Of a stretch of DNA of 39,307 nucleotides, positions 17,218-25,231 are shown piece by piece. The notes below the pieces were generated by a model. That model saw only the letters and a list, made by a program, of their open reading frames with translations. It had not been told where the DNA came from and ran no database searches. Within the stretch, counting starts at the first letter, position 1; every line of letters starts with the position of its first letter. Source of the stretch: an uncultured Erysipelotrichaceae bacterium (lineage in GTDB: Bacteria; Bacillota_I; Bacilli_A; RF39; UBA660); the NCBI GenBank assembly GCA_902784095.1, contig CACZTK010000042.1, positions 1 through 39,307 on the forward strand. The letters are read 5' to 3'. The translations under genes and the position numbers were made by a program.

Positions 17218-19350
17218 ATGGATGAAGAAAGATATATTGGTATAATAATGACTAAAAAAGAAGTAACTGAAGGAGTTCATATATATTTTCCTGATCATAT
17301 TACAGATGGATATTTAATTGGAGAAGAAGGTGAAAAAGAAGTATTGTTTGAAGATATGTATAGTTGGGAACAATATTACTTATTCAATAATCCTAATAGT
17401 GCTTTTGATACAGAAAATGTTGCTGGTTTTGTAATTAAAGAAAAAGATTTAATAGAACAAAATGAAGGACTTAGTTTGAGCGAAGCTAAGCAAGAGTATT
17501 TTGATAATTCAAAAGAATTAACTTTAGTTGGTTTTTATATATATTCTCAAGAAAAAATTGAATTTCTAAAATTAGGAATAGGAGACTTATTTAATTACTT
17601 TAATAATCTCAAATTGAATAATGAAAGTCCAATAAAGTTTGCTTCAAGTGAAAAACTTTATGAATTATTACTAGGTTCAAATGATGATTTAGAAGGACTT
17701 AAACTAGAAGATGGTATCAACAGTAGCGTTGATTCTGAAGAGGAAACTCAAATGATTTCTATACCTATAAAAGATATGGAACAACTACTTAAAATGAATT
17801 CTACTGAAATAAAAAAGACATTACAAGAAATGAAAAAATCATATGATAAAATTATGAAATATACAGATAGTTTTATTAATAATCAAGATATTATAGATTC
17901 AAAAGAAAAAGCTTTGCAAAAATTAGATAATGTTTATAAGCATATTTTAGATATGAATGATATTAATAGTATTAAGTTAGTTATTAACGAAATAATAGAT
18001 ATGTATACAGAGTTAGTTGTATCATTAGATGATGATATTCAAGATGAAGTAATCCATGATAAAGCTACAAATATGTTCTATGAAAAAATTGATACCTATG
18101 AAGAATTGCTAAAAAGTAATGATATTGACGAAATCAAGAAAAAAATAATTGAAATAAAAGAAAATCAAAGAAAACATATAGATACCATTGAAGAATTAGA
18201 TACAAGTGATTATTATAAACATAAGCAAAAAGAAAAAGAATTAAATGATGTGTTTAATGAAAAAAGTAAGGATCAAAAAGAAAAACTTAAGTTTAATCCT
18301 AAAGATATGAAAGAATTCTTTGATAAAAGAATAATTGGTCAAGAAGAAGCAAAAATAGATGTTATTTCCGCAGTATTCATGAATAGTATAATGGATGATC
18401 CAATTAATAAAAACTCTTGTTTATTAATTGGTCCTACTGGTTCAGGTAAAACTCTAATTGCTGAGTCTGTAGCAGAGTTTTTGGATTTACCATTTGTATC
18501 TATTGATACAACACAATTAACATCTCCTGGTTATGTTGGAGCAGATATAGAAGATTTCTTATCAATATTAATAACAAAAGCAGATGGGGATATTGAAAAA
18601 GCAGAACATGGAATAGTATTACTAGATGAGATTGATAAAAAGGGTAGTGAAAGTAATAGTGATGTTTCAGGTCGTGGAGTTTTAAATACATTATTACCAT
18701 TTATTCAGGGAACAACATATAGTGTTTCAGATTCATCATATGGTAAGAAAAAAGTTAAATTTGATACAAAAAACTTAACAATATTTGCAACAGGTGCTTT
18801 TACTGATGTAAATAAGTATATGGGAAATTCATCAATTGGATTTGGTGCTCATGTTCATGAAAAAGAAGAAGATGTTAAGTATAAAAAGATTACTAGAGAA
18901 GATTTAAAGAAGCATGGAAATATGCCAGAAGAGTTACTTGGAAGATTTTCAACTATTACTCAATTATCAGGACATACTAAAGAAAGTTTAAAAACTATTT
19001 TAACTGGTTCTAATATAAGTAATTTACATTCAGAAAAAGAAAAATTAGAAAAGTTGGGTATAAGTCTTTCATGGACTGAAGATTATTTAGATAAAGTAGC
19101 AGAAAACGCATTAACATTAAAAACAGGTGCAAGAAGTTTAAAGTCTGTTATAGAAGAATCTATTAAGACAGCAAGATGGGAAGCTATTAATAATATAGGA
19201 GAAGTAGAAGGTATTATTTTGAATAAGGATAGTGTAGAAGACGCTGATAAATCAGTTTTAGTATATAAAGATGGTGGAACTAATACTGTTGAAGAAATAA
19301 AAAAGAATAAAGAAATTAGTAAAGTGAAATCAAAACAAGAAGATAAATAG
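17218..19350 (+). CDS. ClpX-like AAA+ unfoldase with a long non-canonical N-terminal region
   Basis: The C-terminal ~350 aa has IIGQEEAK, Walker A GPTGSGKT, pore-1 loop GYVG, Walker B LLDEIDK, an IGFGA (ClpP-docking IGF) loop, and sensor-2 GARSLKSVIE. The N-terminal ~350 aa has no cysteines, so there is no C4 zinc-binding domain. ATG 17218 is preferred. Confidence 0.75.
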   Translation: MDEERYIGIIMTKKEVTEGVHIYFPDHITDGYLIGEEGEKEVLFEDMYSWEQYYLFNNPNSAFDTENVAGFVIKEKDLIEQNEGLSLSEAKQEYFDNSKELTLVGFYIYSQEKIEFLKLGIGDLFNYFNNLKLNNESPIKFASSEKLYELLLGSNDDLEGLKLEDGINSSVDSEEETQMISIPIKDMEQLLKMNSTEIKKTLQEMKKSYDKIMKYTDSFINNQDIIDSKEKALQKLDNVYKHILDMNDINSIKLVINEIIDMYTELVVSLDDDIQDEVIHDKATNMFYEKIDTYEELLKSNDIDEIKKKIIEIKENQRKHIDTIEELDTSDYYKHKQKEKELNDVFNEKSKDQKEKLKFNPKDMKEFFDKRIIGQEEAKIDVISAVFMNSIMDDPINKNSCLLIGPTGSGKTLIAESVAEFLDLPFVSIDTTQLTSPGYVGADIEDFLSILITKADGDIEKAEHGIVLLDEIDKKGSESNSDVSGRGVLNTLLPFIQGTTYSVSDSSYGKKKVKFDTKNLTIFATGAFTDVNKYMGNSSIGFGAHVHEKEEDVKYKKITREDLKKHGNMPEELLGRFSTITQLSGHTKESLKTILTGSNISNLHSEKEKLEKLGISLSWTEDYLDKVAENALTLKTGARSLKSVIEESIKTARWEAINNIGEVEGIILNKDSVEDADKSVLVYKDGGTNTVEEIKKNKEISKVKSKQEDK

Positions 19351-19393
19351 ATACTCTGTATCTATTTTCTGTTATAATTAAGATGGTGATAAT

Positions 19394-20605
19394 ATGGATA
19401 AAATAGTTATTATAGGTGGAGGAGCATCAGGTCTTACATGTGCAATAAAAGCAAAGAATGACAATAATGAAGTTATTATTTTGGAAAAAAATGATGTTTG
19501 TGGTAAAAAGATATTAGCAACAGGTAATGGTAAATGTAATTATTATAATGATAATCAAGATATTAGTAACTATAATTCATTTAACACTGAATTAATATCT
19601 AAAATCATTAACGATGAAAATATTTCTAAAGTAAAAAACTTCTTTAATGAATTAGGTCTTATTCCTAAAATTAAGAATGGATATTATTATCCTATGTCAG
19701 AGCAAGCTTCTAGTATTAGAAATATATTAGTAAATAAGGCAAAAGAAAAAGATGTAAAAATTATAACTAATTGTAATGTAAAAGAAATTACAAAAGAAGA
19801 TAATAAATTTGTAATTAAAACAACTACACATAGTATTATTTGTGATAAAGTAGTTCTTTCAACTGGTTCATATGCAGGAGTAAAAAATATAAAAGATGTA
19901 AATAGTTATAAGATATTAGATAACTTTAACCTAATGATAGAAAATGTTTTACCAACTCTTGTTCAATTAAAAGGAGAAGGACATTATTTTAGAGATTGGG
20001 ATGGAGTTCGAATAGATTCTAATATTAAATTATATGAAGATGATAAGTTTATAAAAGAAGAAAATGGGCAAATACAATTAACAAATTATGGTGTTAGTGG
20101 AATTTGTGTATTTAATTTGAGTAGTAAAATATCTAGAGGTCTTTCTCATCATAAAAAAGAAGAATTAGTAATAGATTTTCTTCCTACAATAGATAATTTA
20201 GATGAGTATTTTAATAGAAGAAGTAAAATACTTGGTAATTATAAAATACTAGATTTCTTAGAAGGATTGATTAATACAAAACTTGTTCATACTATTTTAA
20301 GTATTCTTAATATTGATAAAAATAAAACATATAATGATTTATCAATAACAGAAAAATCAAAGTTGGTTAATATGATAAAATCTTTTAAATTAAAAATAAC
20401 AGGTACTAATGATTATACTAAAGCTCAAACATGTACAGGTGGTTTGGATTTAGAAGAATTAAATCTAAATACCATGGAAGTTATTAAAGTACCTAATTTA
20501 TATGTAATAGGTGAGATAATTGATTTAGATGGAATATGTGGTGGCTACAACCTAACTATTGCATGGCTTACAGGTATACTTGCAGGAAGTGATCTTAATG
20601 ATTAG
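19394..20605 (+). CDS. HI0933/BaiN-like FAD-dependent flavoprotein
   Basis: N-terminal dinucleotide fold IIGGGASGLTCA...ILEKN...GKK, then GNGKCN, and a C-terminal GEIIDLDGICGGYNL typical of the HI0933 family. Confidence 0.8.
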   Translation: MDKIVIIGGGASGLTCAIKAKNDNNEVIILEKNDVCGKKILATGNGKCNYYNDNQDISNYNSFNTELISKIINDENISKVKNFFNELGLIPKIKNGYYYPMSEQASSIRNILVNKAKEKDVKIITNCNVKEITKEDNKFVIKTTTHSIICDKVVLSTGSYAGVKNIKDVNSYKILDNFNLMIENVLPTLVQLKGEGHYFRDWDGVRIDSNIKLYEDDKFIKEENGQIQLTNYGVSGICVFNLSSKISRGLSHHKKEELVIDFLPTIDNLDEYFNRRSKILGNYKILDFLEGLINTKLVHTILSILNIDKNKTYNDLSITEKSKLVNMIKSFKLKITGTNDYTKAQTCTGGLDLEELNLNTMEVIKVPNLYVIGEIIDLDGICGGYNLTIAWLTGILAGSDLND

Positions 20606-22169
20606 ATTAAGACAAATAAAAATAGAAGTTAGTCTAGATAGTAATGAATTATTAATAGAGAAGATTTCTAAGAAATTAAGAATAAAAAAAGAAGAAATAA
20701 AAAGTTTTAGTATTAGTAAAAAAAGTATTGATGCTAGAGATAAAAATAATATTTATTATGTTTATGAAGTAGATATAGATATTTTAAATGAAGAGAGAGT
20801 TTTAAGAAAAAATAAGTCTAGTGACATTTTAAAAATAAATAATAATAGTTATAAGATAGAAGTTAAGAATAAAGAAAATCTTAATAAAAAAATAATTATT
20901 GTTGGAAGTGGTCCAGCAGGATTATTTAGTGCGTATATGTTAGCGTCTTTGGGATATAAACCATTAGTAATAGAACGTGGAGAAAAAATAGAAGATAGAG
21001 TTAAATCTGTAGATAAGTTTTTTGAAACAGGAATTTTAAATACAGAATCCAATATTCAATTTGGAGAAGGTGGAGCAGGAACATTTTCTGATGGAAAACT
21101 TAATACTTTAACAAAAGATAAATTTAATAGAAGTAAAAAAGTATTTGAGATATTCGTAGAAAATGGGGCTCCAAAAGAAATAATGTATTTATCAAAACCA
21201 CATATTGGTACAGATATATTAAGAAAAGTAATAATAAATATGAGAAATAAAATAATAGATATGGGTGGAGAATTTAGATATAGTACTAAACTTACTAATT
21301 TGATTATTAAAGATAATAAAATAAAGCAAATAGAAGTAAATAGTAATGAAAGAATAGATTGTGATATATTAATTCTTGCGATAGGACATTCTGCTAGAGA
21401 TACTTTTAAAATGCTAAATGATAATAGTATTAAAATGTCTCCAAAACCATTTGCGATAGGCCTACGTATTATGCACCCACAAAAAATGATAAATGAAAGT
21501 CAATATGGTACAAAGTATCAATTAGATCCAGCTAGTTATAAATTAACTTATAATACAAATGAAAAACGAGGAGTATATTCATTTTGTATGTGCCCAGGAG
21601 GATTTGTAGTTAATGCTTCAAGTGAAGAAAAAAGATTAGTTGTTAATGGAATGAGTAATTATAAAAGAGATAGTAAAAATGCAAATAGCGCTATTGTTGT
21701 TTCAGTAAGTCCCAATGATTATGGGAAAGGTTTATTTGATGGGATTGAATTTCAAAGAAAGTTAGAAGAAAAAGCATATCAAATAGGTTTAGGAAAAATA
21801 CCTATTCAATTATATAAGGATTATAAAGCAAATACTATTTCAAAAGAAATAGGTAGTATTGAACCAATTATTAAAGGTAAATATAATTTTGCTAATTTAA
21901 ATGAAATATTTCCTAATTATATAAATGAAGCATTAAAAGAAGGTATAGACAGTTTTGGTAAAAAAATAAAAGGATTTTCAAATGATGATACATTACTTGC
22001 TGGAGTGGAATCACGTACATCATCACCAATTAGGATAGAAAGAAATGAGGATATGACTTCATCTATATCTGGTGTTTATCCAATCGGTGAAGGAGCAGGT
22101 TACGCAGGTGGCATTACGACATCTGCAATTGATGGATTAAAAGTAGTAGAAAAAATTATTTTATACTAA
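20598..22169 (+). CDS. FAD-dependent protein (COG2509-type uncharacterised dehydrogenase)
   Basis: IIVGSGPAGLFSA...ERG, FGEGGAGTFSDGKL, and a C-terminal GEGAGYAGGI. Start set to ATG 20598 (MIRLRQIKIEV), overlapping the upstream stop by 8 nt. Confidence 0.8.
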   Translation: MIRLRQIKIEVSLDSNELLIEKISKKLRIKKEEIKSFSISKKSIDARDKNNIYYVYEVDIDILNEERVLRKNKSSDILKINNNSYKIEVKNKENLNKKIIIVGSGPAGLFSAYMLASLGYKPLVIERGEKIEDRVKSVDKFFETGILNTESNIQFGEGGAGTFSDGKLNTLTKDKFNRSKKVFEIFVENGAPKEIMYLSKPHIGTDILRKVIINMRNKIIDMGGEFRYSTKLTNLIIKDNKIKQIEVNSNERIDCDILILAIGHSARDTFKMLNDNSIKMSPKPFAIGLRIMHPQKMINESQYGTKYQLDPASYKLTYNTNEKRGVYSFCMCPGGFVVNASSEEKRLVVNGMSNYKRDSKNANSAIVVSVSPNDYGKGLFDGIEFQRKLEEKAYQIGLGKIPIQLYKDYKANTISKEIGSIEPIIKGKYNFANLNEIFPNYINEALKEGIDSFGKKIKGFSNDDTLLAGVESRTSSPIRIERNEDMTSSISGVYPIGEGAGYAGGITTSAIDGLKVVEKIILY

Positions 22170-22193
22170 ATTTAATAATTGAGTATAAAAAGT

Positions 22194-22250
22194 AAGATGA
22201 GTTTTAAAATTTTTCTAAGGCAATTTTAAAAATTCATCTTTTTTTATTTC
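22194..22250 (+). terminator. Long hairpin terminator after the flavoprotein pair
   Basis: AAGATGAGTTTTAAAAT ... ATTTTAAAAATTCATCTT imperfect stem followed by TTTTTTATTT. Confidence 0.7.
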
Positions 22251-22341
22251 TTAATTTTAAAAAATGGTCATTTGCAAATAAAAAAACTATATGCTAAAGT
22301 GTTCCTACTTAGTTCGAATTAAGAAAAGAAAGGAGTAATAT

Positions 22342-23148
22342 ATGATTGATGATAATAGGTTTTATACCTGTAGAAATGATAGAGCGTTTAAAGAAGTTTT
22401 TATGAATGAAAAGAATAAAGATATATTAAAAGTATTACTTGAAAGTATTTTAAAAGTGGAAATAAGAGAAATAAAATATTTAAACTTAGAAAAGAATGTA
22501 GATAATATTAATATTAGAAGAAAACATTTTGACCTACACCTAGATACTAATATTGGAAAGATTCAAGTAGAAGTAAATGCCAAATTAGAAGACTATACAA
22601 GAAGTAGAAATACCGCATTTATTTGTGATACCTATTCTCATGAGGTATTAAAAGGAGAGGATTATTCAGAAGATAGTTTAATAGTTCAAATAAATTTTAC
22701 TTATGGATTAGGAAAGAAAGAAAAAGATTTAAGAATATATAAGATACAAGATGAAGAAGGAATTTTATATATAAGAAACTTCATAATATATGAATTTAAT
22801 ATGGATTATTATAAAGAAATATGGTATTCTAAAGACAAGAAAAAGATAGAAGAATCTAAATATTTAATTATGCAAGATTTAGATAAAAAAGAATTAGAGA
22901 TTCTATCTAAAAAGGATAAGGTGATAACAAAGTATATGGAAGAATTAGAAAGAGTAAATGAAGATCCAAAGTTTAGAGAATTTGTATCAGCAGAACAAGA
23001 CAATAAGATGATAGAAAATACCATAAAAAAATATGCAAGAAGAGAAGAAAAAAGAGAGATAGCAAAATCACTTTTACAAAAAGAAATTAATATTAATATT
23101 ATATCTGAGTGCACTGGATTGTCTTTAGAAGAAATTAATGAATTATAA
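22342..23148 (+). CDS. Rpn-family PD-(D/E)XK recombination-promoting nuclease / putative transposase
   Basis: Characteristic N-terminus NDRAFKEVFMNEKNKDILKVLLESIL and a nuclease core FDLHLDT...IQVEVNAK. RBS AAAGGAG. No terminal inverted repeats were seen around it. Confidence 0.75.
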   Translation: MIDDNRFYTCRNDRAFKEVFMNEKNKDILKVLLESILKVEIREIKYLNLEKNVDNINIRRKHFDLHLDTNIGKIQVEVNAKLEDYTRSRNTAFICDTYSHEVLKGEDYSEDSLIVQINFTYGLGKKEKDLRIYKIQDEEGILYIRNFIIYEFNMDYYKEIWYSKDKKKIEESKYLIMQDLDKKELEILSKKDKVITKYMEELERVNEDPKFREFVSAEQDNKMIENTIKKYARREEKREIAKSLLQKEININIISECTGLSLEEINEL

Positions 23149-23152
23149 TTAT

Positions 23153-23181
23153 TTGACAAAAACAATGGTTTATGGTAAAAT
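23153..23181 (+). promoter_or_regulatory. Near-consensus sigma-A promoter driving leader RNA copy 1
   Basis: TTGACA (23153-23158), 17-nt spacer ending TGG, TAAAAT (23176-23181). The predicted start near 23188 is a few nt before the conserved RNA element. Confidence 0.7.
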
Positions 23182-23190
23182 TACCCACAA

Positions 23191-23254
23191 GTGAGGGGAT
23201 ATAAGGTAGCGAGCTATCCCGGGTGAAAAACCTACACGTAAATTACGGAGTCAC
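23191..23254 (+). promoter_or_regulatory. Unclassified structured leader RNA, copy 1 (candidate riboswitch/attenuator aptamer)
   Basis: The element reads GTGAG, helix GGGATA/TATCCC around loop TAAGGTAGCGAGC, GGGT-GAAA-AACC hairpin, TACACGT-AAATT-ACGG hairpin, and tail AGTCAC. It is colinear with copy 2 and has compensatory helix changes. It sits between the promoter and a terminator. Confidence 0.7.
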
Positions 23255-23280
23255 GAAAAAAATTTCGTGGCTTTTTATTT
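23249..23280 (+). terminator. Intrinsic terminator (expression platform of leader copy 1)
   Basis: AGTCACGAAA / TTTCGTGGCT 10-bp stem with an AAAA loop, followed by TTTTATTTT. The 5' arm overlaps the conserved 3' tail of the RNA element. The tracked GTG start at 23267 lies inside this stem. Confidence 0.85.
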
Positions 23281-23305
23281 TCGCACGAGGAAAGGAGTAA
23301 TAATT

Positions 23306-24118
23306 ATGATAAAATATGAAAATATTGCAGCAGAAACAATATATCGTGGTATATTTGATAGTAACTTATATGCAATTATTAGTGATTATAGTGTAAAAAC
23401 AGTCCAAGATATAATTAATTTGATAGATCTAGGTATATTTGAAGATTATCAATTGCAAAAAATTAATTCTAAAATAGAAAGAGTTACTAAGGCAATGAAT
23501 AAAGCTAATAATAAAGAAAAAGAACTAGTTATATATGATGCAGGTACTTACGAAGATACTGACTTAGAGTATACAGATACACAAAATAATGGTGATATAT
23601 TGTTACTTGCAAATCCAACTAGTTATTCTAGTCCAAGATATGTATCTTTAAAAAGAGTTTCTTTATCAAAAATAAAAGATTATATAGGACTAACTACGGA
23701 AAATGGTGATAATTATCTTTGTTGTAATAGTAGAAATATTGGAAAAGAGACATTATCTAATGTATTAGAGGCAATAAAAATGTATAATGAACAAGTAGAA
23801 AGACAAGCACAGTTAACTAAAAAACGAGATATTAATGTATTTATGTATCAAAAAGAAGAAAAAGCATTATTAGCTAATGATAATTATATAGATATAATTG
23901 ATTATTTATTAGATACTGCTGAAGAAGAACTTATTTGGGGTAAATTATCAGATAATCAAAGAAAACTATATTTATCAACTATAGATAAAAATAGGGAATC
24001 AGATAAAAGAATTAAATCTAGAATAATTGATTATGTTTCAAATTATACAACAGTAGATGAAATGGAAAAAATTAATAGGGGTTATTATAAAGTATTAAAT
24101 AGATTTATAAGAAAGTGA
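23306..24118 (+). CDS. Hypothetical protein (270 aa), no recognisable domain; controlled by leader copy 1
   Basis: ATG 23306 (MIKYENIAAE) has the RBS AAAGGAG 8 nt upstream. The annotated 23267 start lies inside the terminator hairpin. Confidence 0.7.
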   Translation: MIKYENIAAETIYRGIFDSNLYAIISDYSVKTVQDIINLIDLGIFEDYQLQKINSKIERVTKAMNKANNKEKELVIYDAGTYEDTDLEYTDTQNNGDILLLANPTSYSSPRYVSLKRVSLSKIKDYIGLTTENGDNYLCCNSRNIGKETLSNVLEAIKMYNEQVERQAQLTKKRDINVFMYQKEEKALLANDNYIDIIDYLLDTAEEELIWGKLSDNQRKLYLSTIDKNRESDKRIKSRIIDYVSNYTTVDEMEKINRGYYKVLNRFIRK

Positions 24119-24179
24119 GTATGTATAAGTTTTTACGAGCTACATAGGGAGAAATCTTACACGTTTGACACGGAGTCAC
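24115..24179 (+). promoter_or_regulatory. Unclassified structured leader RNA, copy 2
   Basis: The element reads GTGAG, helix TATGTA/TACATA around loop TAAGTTTTTACGAGC, GGGA-GAAA-TCTT hairpin, TACACGT-TTGAC-ACGG hairpin, and tail AGTCAC. It overlaps the stop codon of the upstream ORF and precedes the ABC operon. Confidence 0.7.
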
Positions 24180-24220
24180 TTACTATTTATATAAATGGTA
24201 AGGTCTTGGTGTCATTTTTT
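24166..24220 (+). terminator. Probable terminator / expression platform of leader copy 2
   Basis: Basal helix TGACAC/GTGTCA followed by TTTTTT, with an upper helix CTTAC/GTAAG. It is weaker than copy 1 because of the large internal loop. The tracked TTG start at 24206 lies inside it. Confidence 0.45.
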
Positions 24221-24247
24221 GTTATAATTAGAATAGGAGGAATATAT

Positions 24248-25231
24248 ATGGCAATTATAGAGGTAAAAAAATTATCAAAACAGTTTAGTGTAAAACTAAA
24301 AGAAAAGGGATTAAAAGGAAGTTTTAAATCATTAATAAAACCTAAGTATAAAAAAATTAAAGCAGTTAGTAATGTATCATTTTCTGTAGAAAAAGGAGAA
24401 ATGATTGCTTTCATTGGACCTAATGGAGCAGGAAAATCTACAACTATTAAGATGCTTACAGGAATACTATATCCAGATAAAGGTGATATTAAAGTATTAG
24501 GATATGATCCTAGAATAGATAGAAAAAAGCTAGCATATGAAATAGGAACAGTATTTGGACAAAAAGAACAATTATGGACTCATTTAACTCCATATGATAA
24601 TTTTAAATTCTTTGGAGCAATCTATGATATACCAGAGAAGGTAGTAGAAAAAAAGATTGAAGAATTAAGAGAATTATTTGAACTAGATGACTTTATAACG
24701 ACACCAGTTCGTAATTTAAGTTTAGGACAAAGAATTCGTTGTGAGATAGTAGCAAGCTTAATTCATGAACCAAAAATACTATTTTTAGATGAACCAACCA
24801 TCGGACTTGATCCTGTAGTTAAGGAAAATATTAGAACACTAATTAAAAGAATGAATAAAGAGTATAAAACAACGATATTCTTAACCAGTCATGATGTATC
24901 TGATATTGAAAAACTATGTAAAAGAGTAATTATTATTAATGATGGTAAATTAGTATTAGATGATTCTATGGAAAACTTAAAATATCATTACTTAAATAAA
25001 AAAATTGTTGAAGCTAAAATGAAAGAACAAGTTAATTTAGATGATGAAGACGGAATTACTATTTTAAAAGATAAAGGATATAATTTAAAACTAGAAGTAG
25101 ATACAAAGAAAAAATCAATAGCTGATGCTTTAAAACTGTTAAATCCAGATAATATTGTAGACATAAATATATCTAATACTCCACTAGAAGATATTATTAG
25201 TAATATCTATAAAAAAGGTGATAAGAAATGA
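24248..25231 (+). CDS. ABC transporter ATP-binding protein (ABC-2 exporter type)
   Basis: Walker A GPNGAGKST, Q-loop, signature LSLGQR, Walker B ILFLDEPTIGLD, H-loop SHD. ATG 24248 has AGGAGG 7 nt upstream. Confidence 0.9.
   Translation: MAIIEVKKLSKQFSVKLKEKGLKGSFKSLIKPKYKKIKAVSNVSFSVEKGEMIAFIGPNGAGKSTTIKMLTGILYPDKGDIKVLGYDPRIDRKKLAYEIGTVFGQKEQLWTHLTPYDNFKFFGAIYDIPEKVVEKKIEELRELFELDDFITTPVRNLSLGQRIRCEIVASLIHEPKILFLDEPTIGLDPVVKENIRTLIKRMNKEYKTTIFLTSHDVSDIEKLCKRVIIINDGKLVLDDSMENLKYHYLNKKIVEAKMKEQVNLDDEDGITILKDKGYNLKLEVDTKKKSIADALKLLNPDNIVDINISNTPLEDIISNIYKKGDKK

Noticed and set aside
22809-23165. 118-aa minus-strand ORF antisense to the rpn-like gene. The same applies to other antisense or alternate-frame ORFs in the track (4472, 4966, 6983, 9897, 13611, 18500, 20849, 24187, 28094, 32923, 32931, 33216, 34104, 34543, 36102, 36350, 36656, 37372, 38077).
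   Set aside because: All lie wholly inside genes with strong motif support on the other strand or frame. They lack RBSs, and their translations are Leu/Ile/Phe/Ser-rich low-complexity strings expected by chance at this base composition.
23165-23194. Mini-ORF MVYGKITHK upstream of leader copy 1 as a possible attenuation leader peptide
   Set aside because: Its ATG lies between the -35 and -10 of the near-consensus promoter, upstream of the predicted transcription start. It has no RBS.
23191-23226. Short GTG-initiated ORFs inside both leader copies (VRGYKVASYPG and, at 24115, VSMYKFLRAT) as leader peptides
   Set aside because: They have no Shine-Dalgarno. The peptides are not conserved between copies, whereas base-pairing is, since the compensatory changes alter the amino acids. 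This favours RNA structure over a coding function.
23196-24146. The two conserved ~60-nt elements as attachment sites, direct repeats or terminal repeats of a mobile cassette flanking ORF 23306
   Set aside because: The central helix differs in sequence but keeps complementarity, and each copy is wired to a terminator and a downstream RBS. That pattern fits a cis-regulatory RNA, not recombination sites, which would conserve sequence rather than pairing.
320-24247. Upstream-extended starts given by the ORF track (320, 6156, 12555, 13547, 15053 on the minus strand, 15146, 17209, 20559, 23267, 24206, 33767)
   Set aside because: In each case an internal ATG a few codons downstream has a properly spaced purine-rich RBS. 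The extended non-ATG start often lies inside that RBS or inside a terminator stem.
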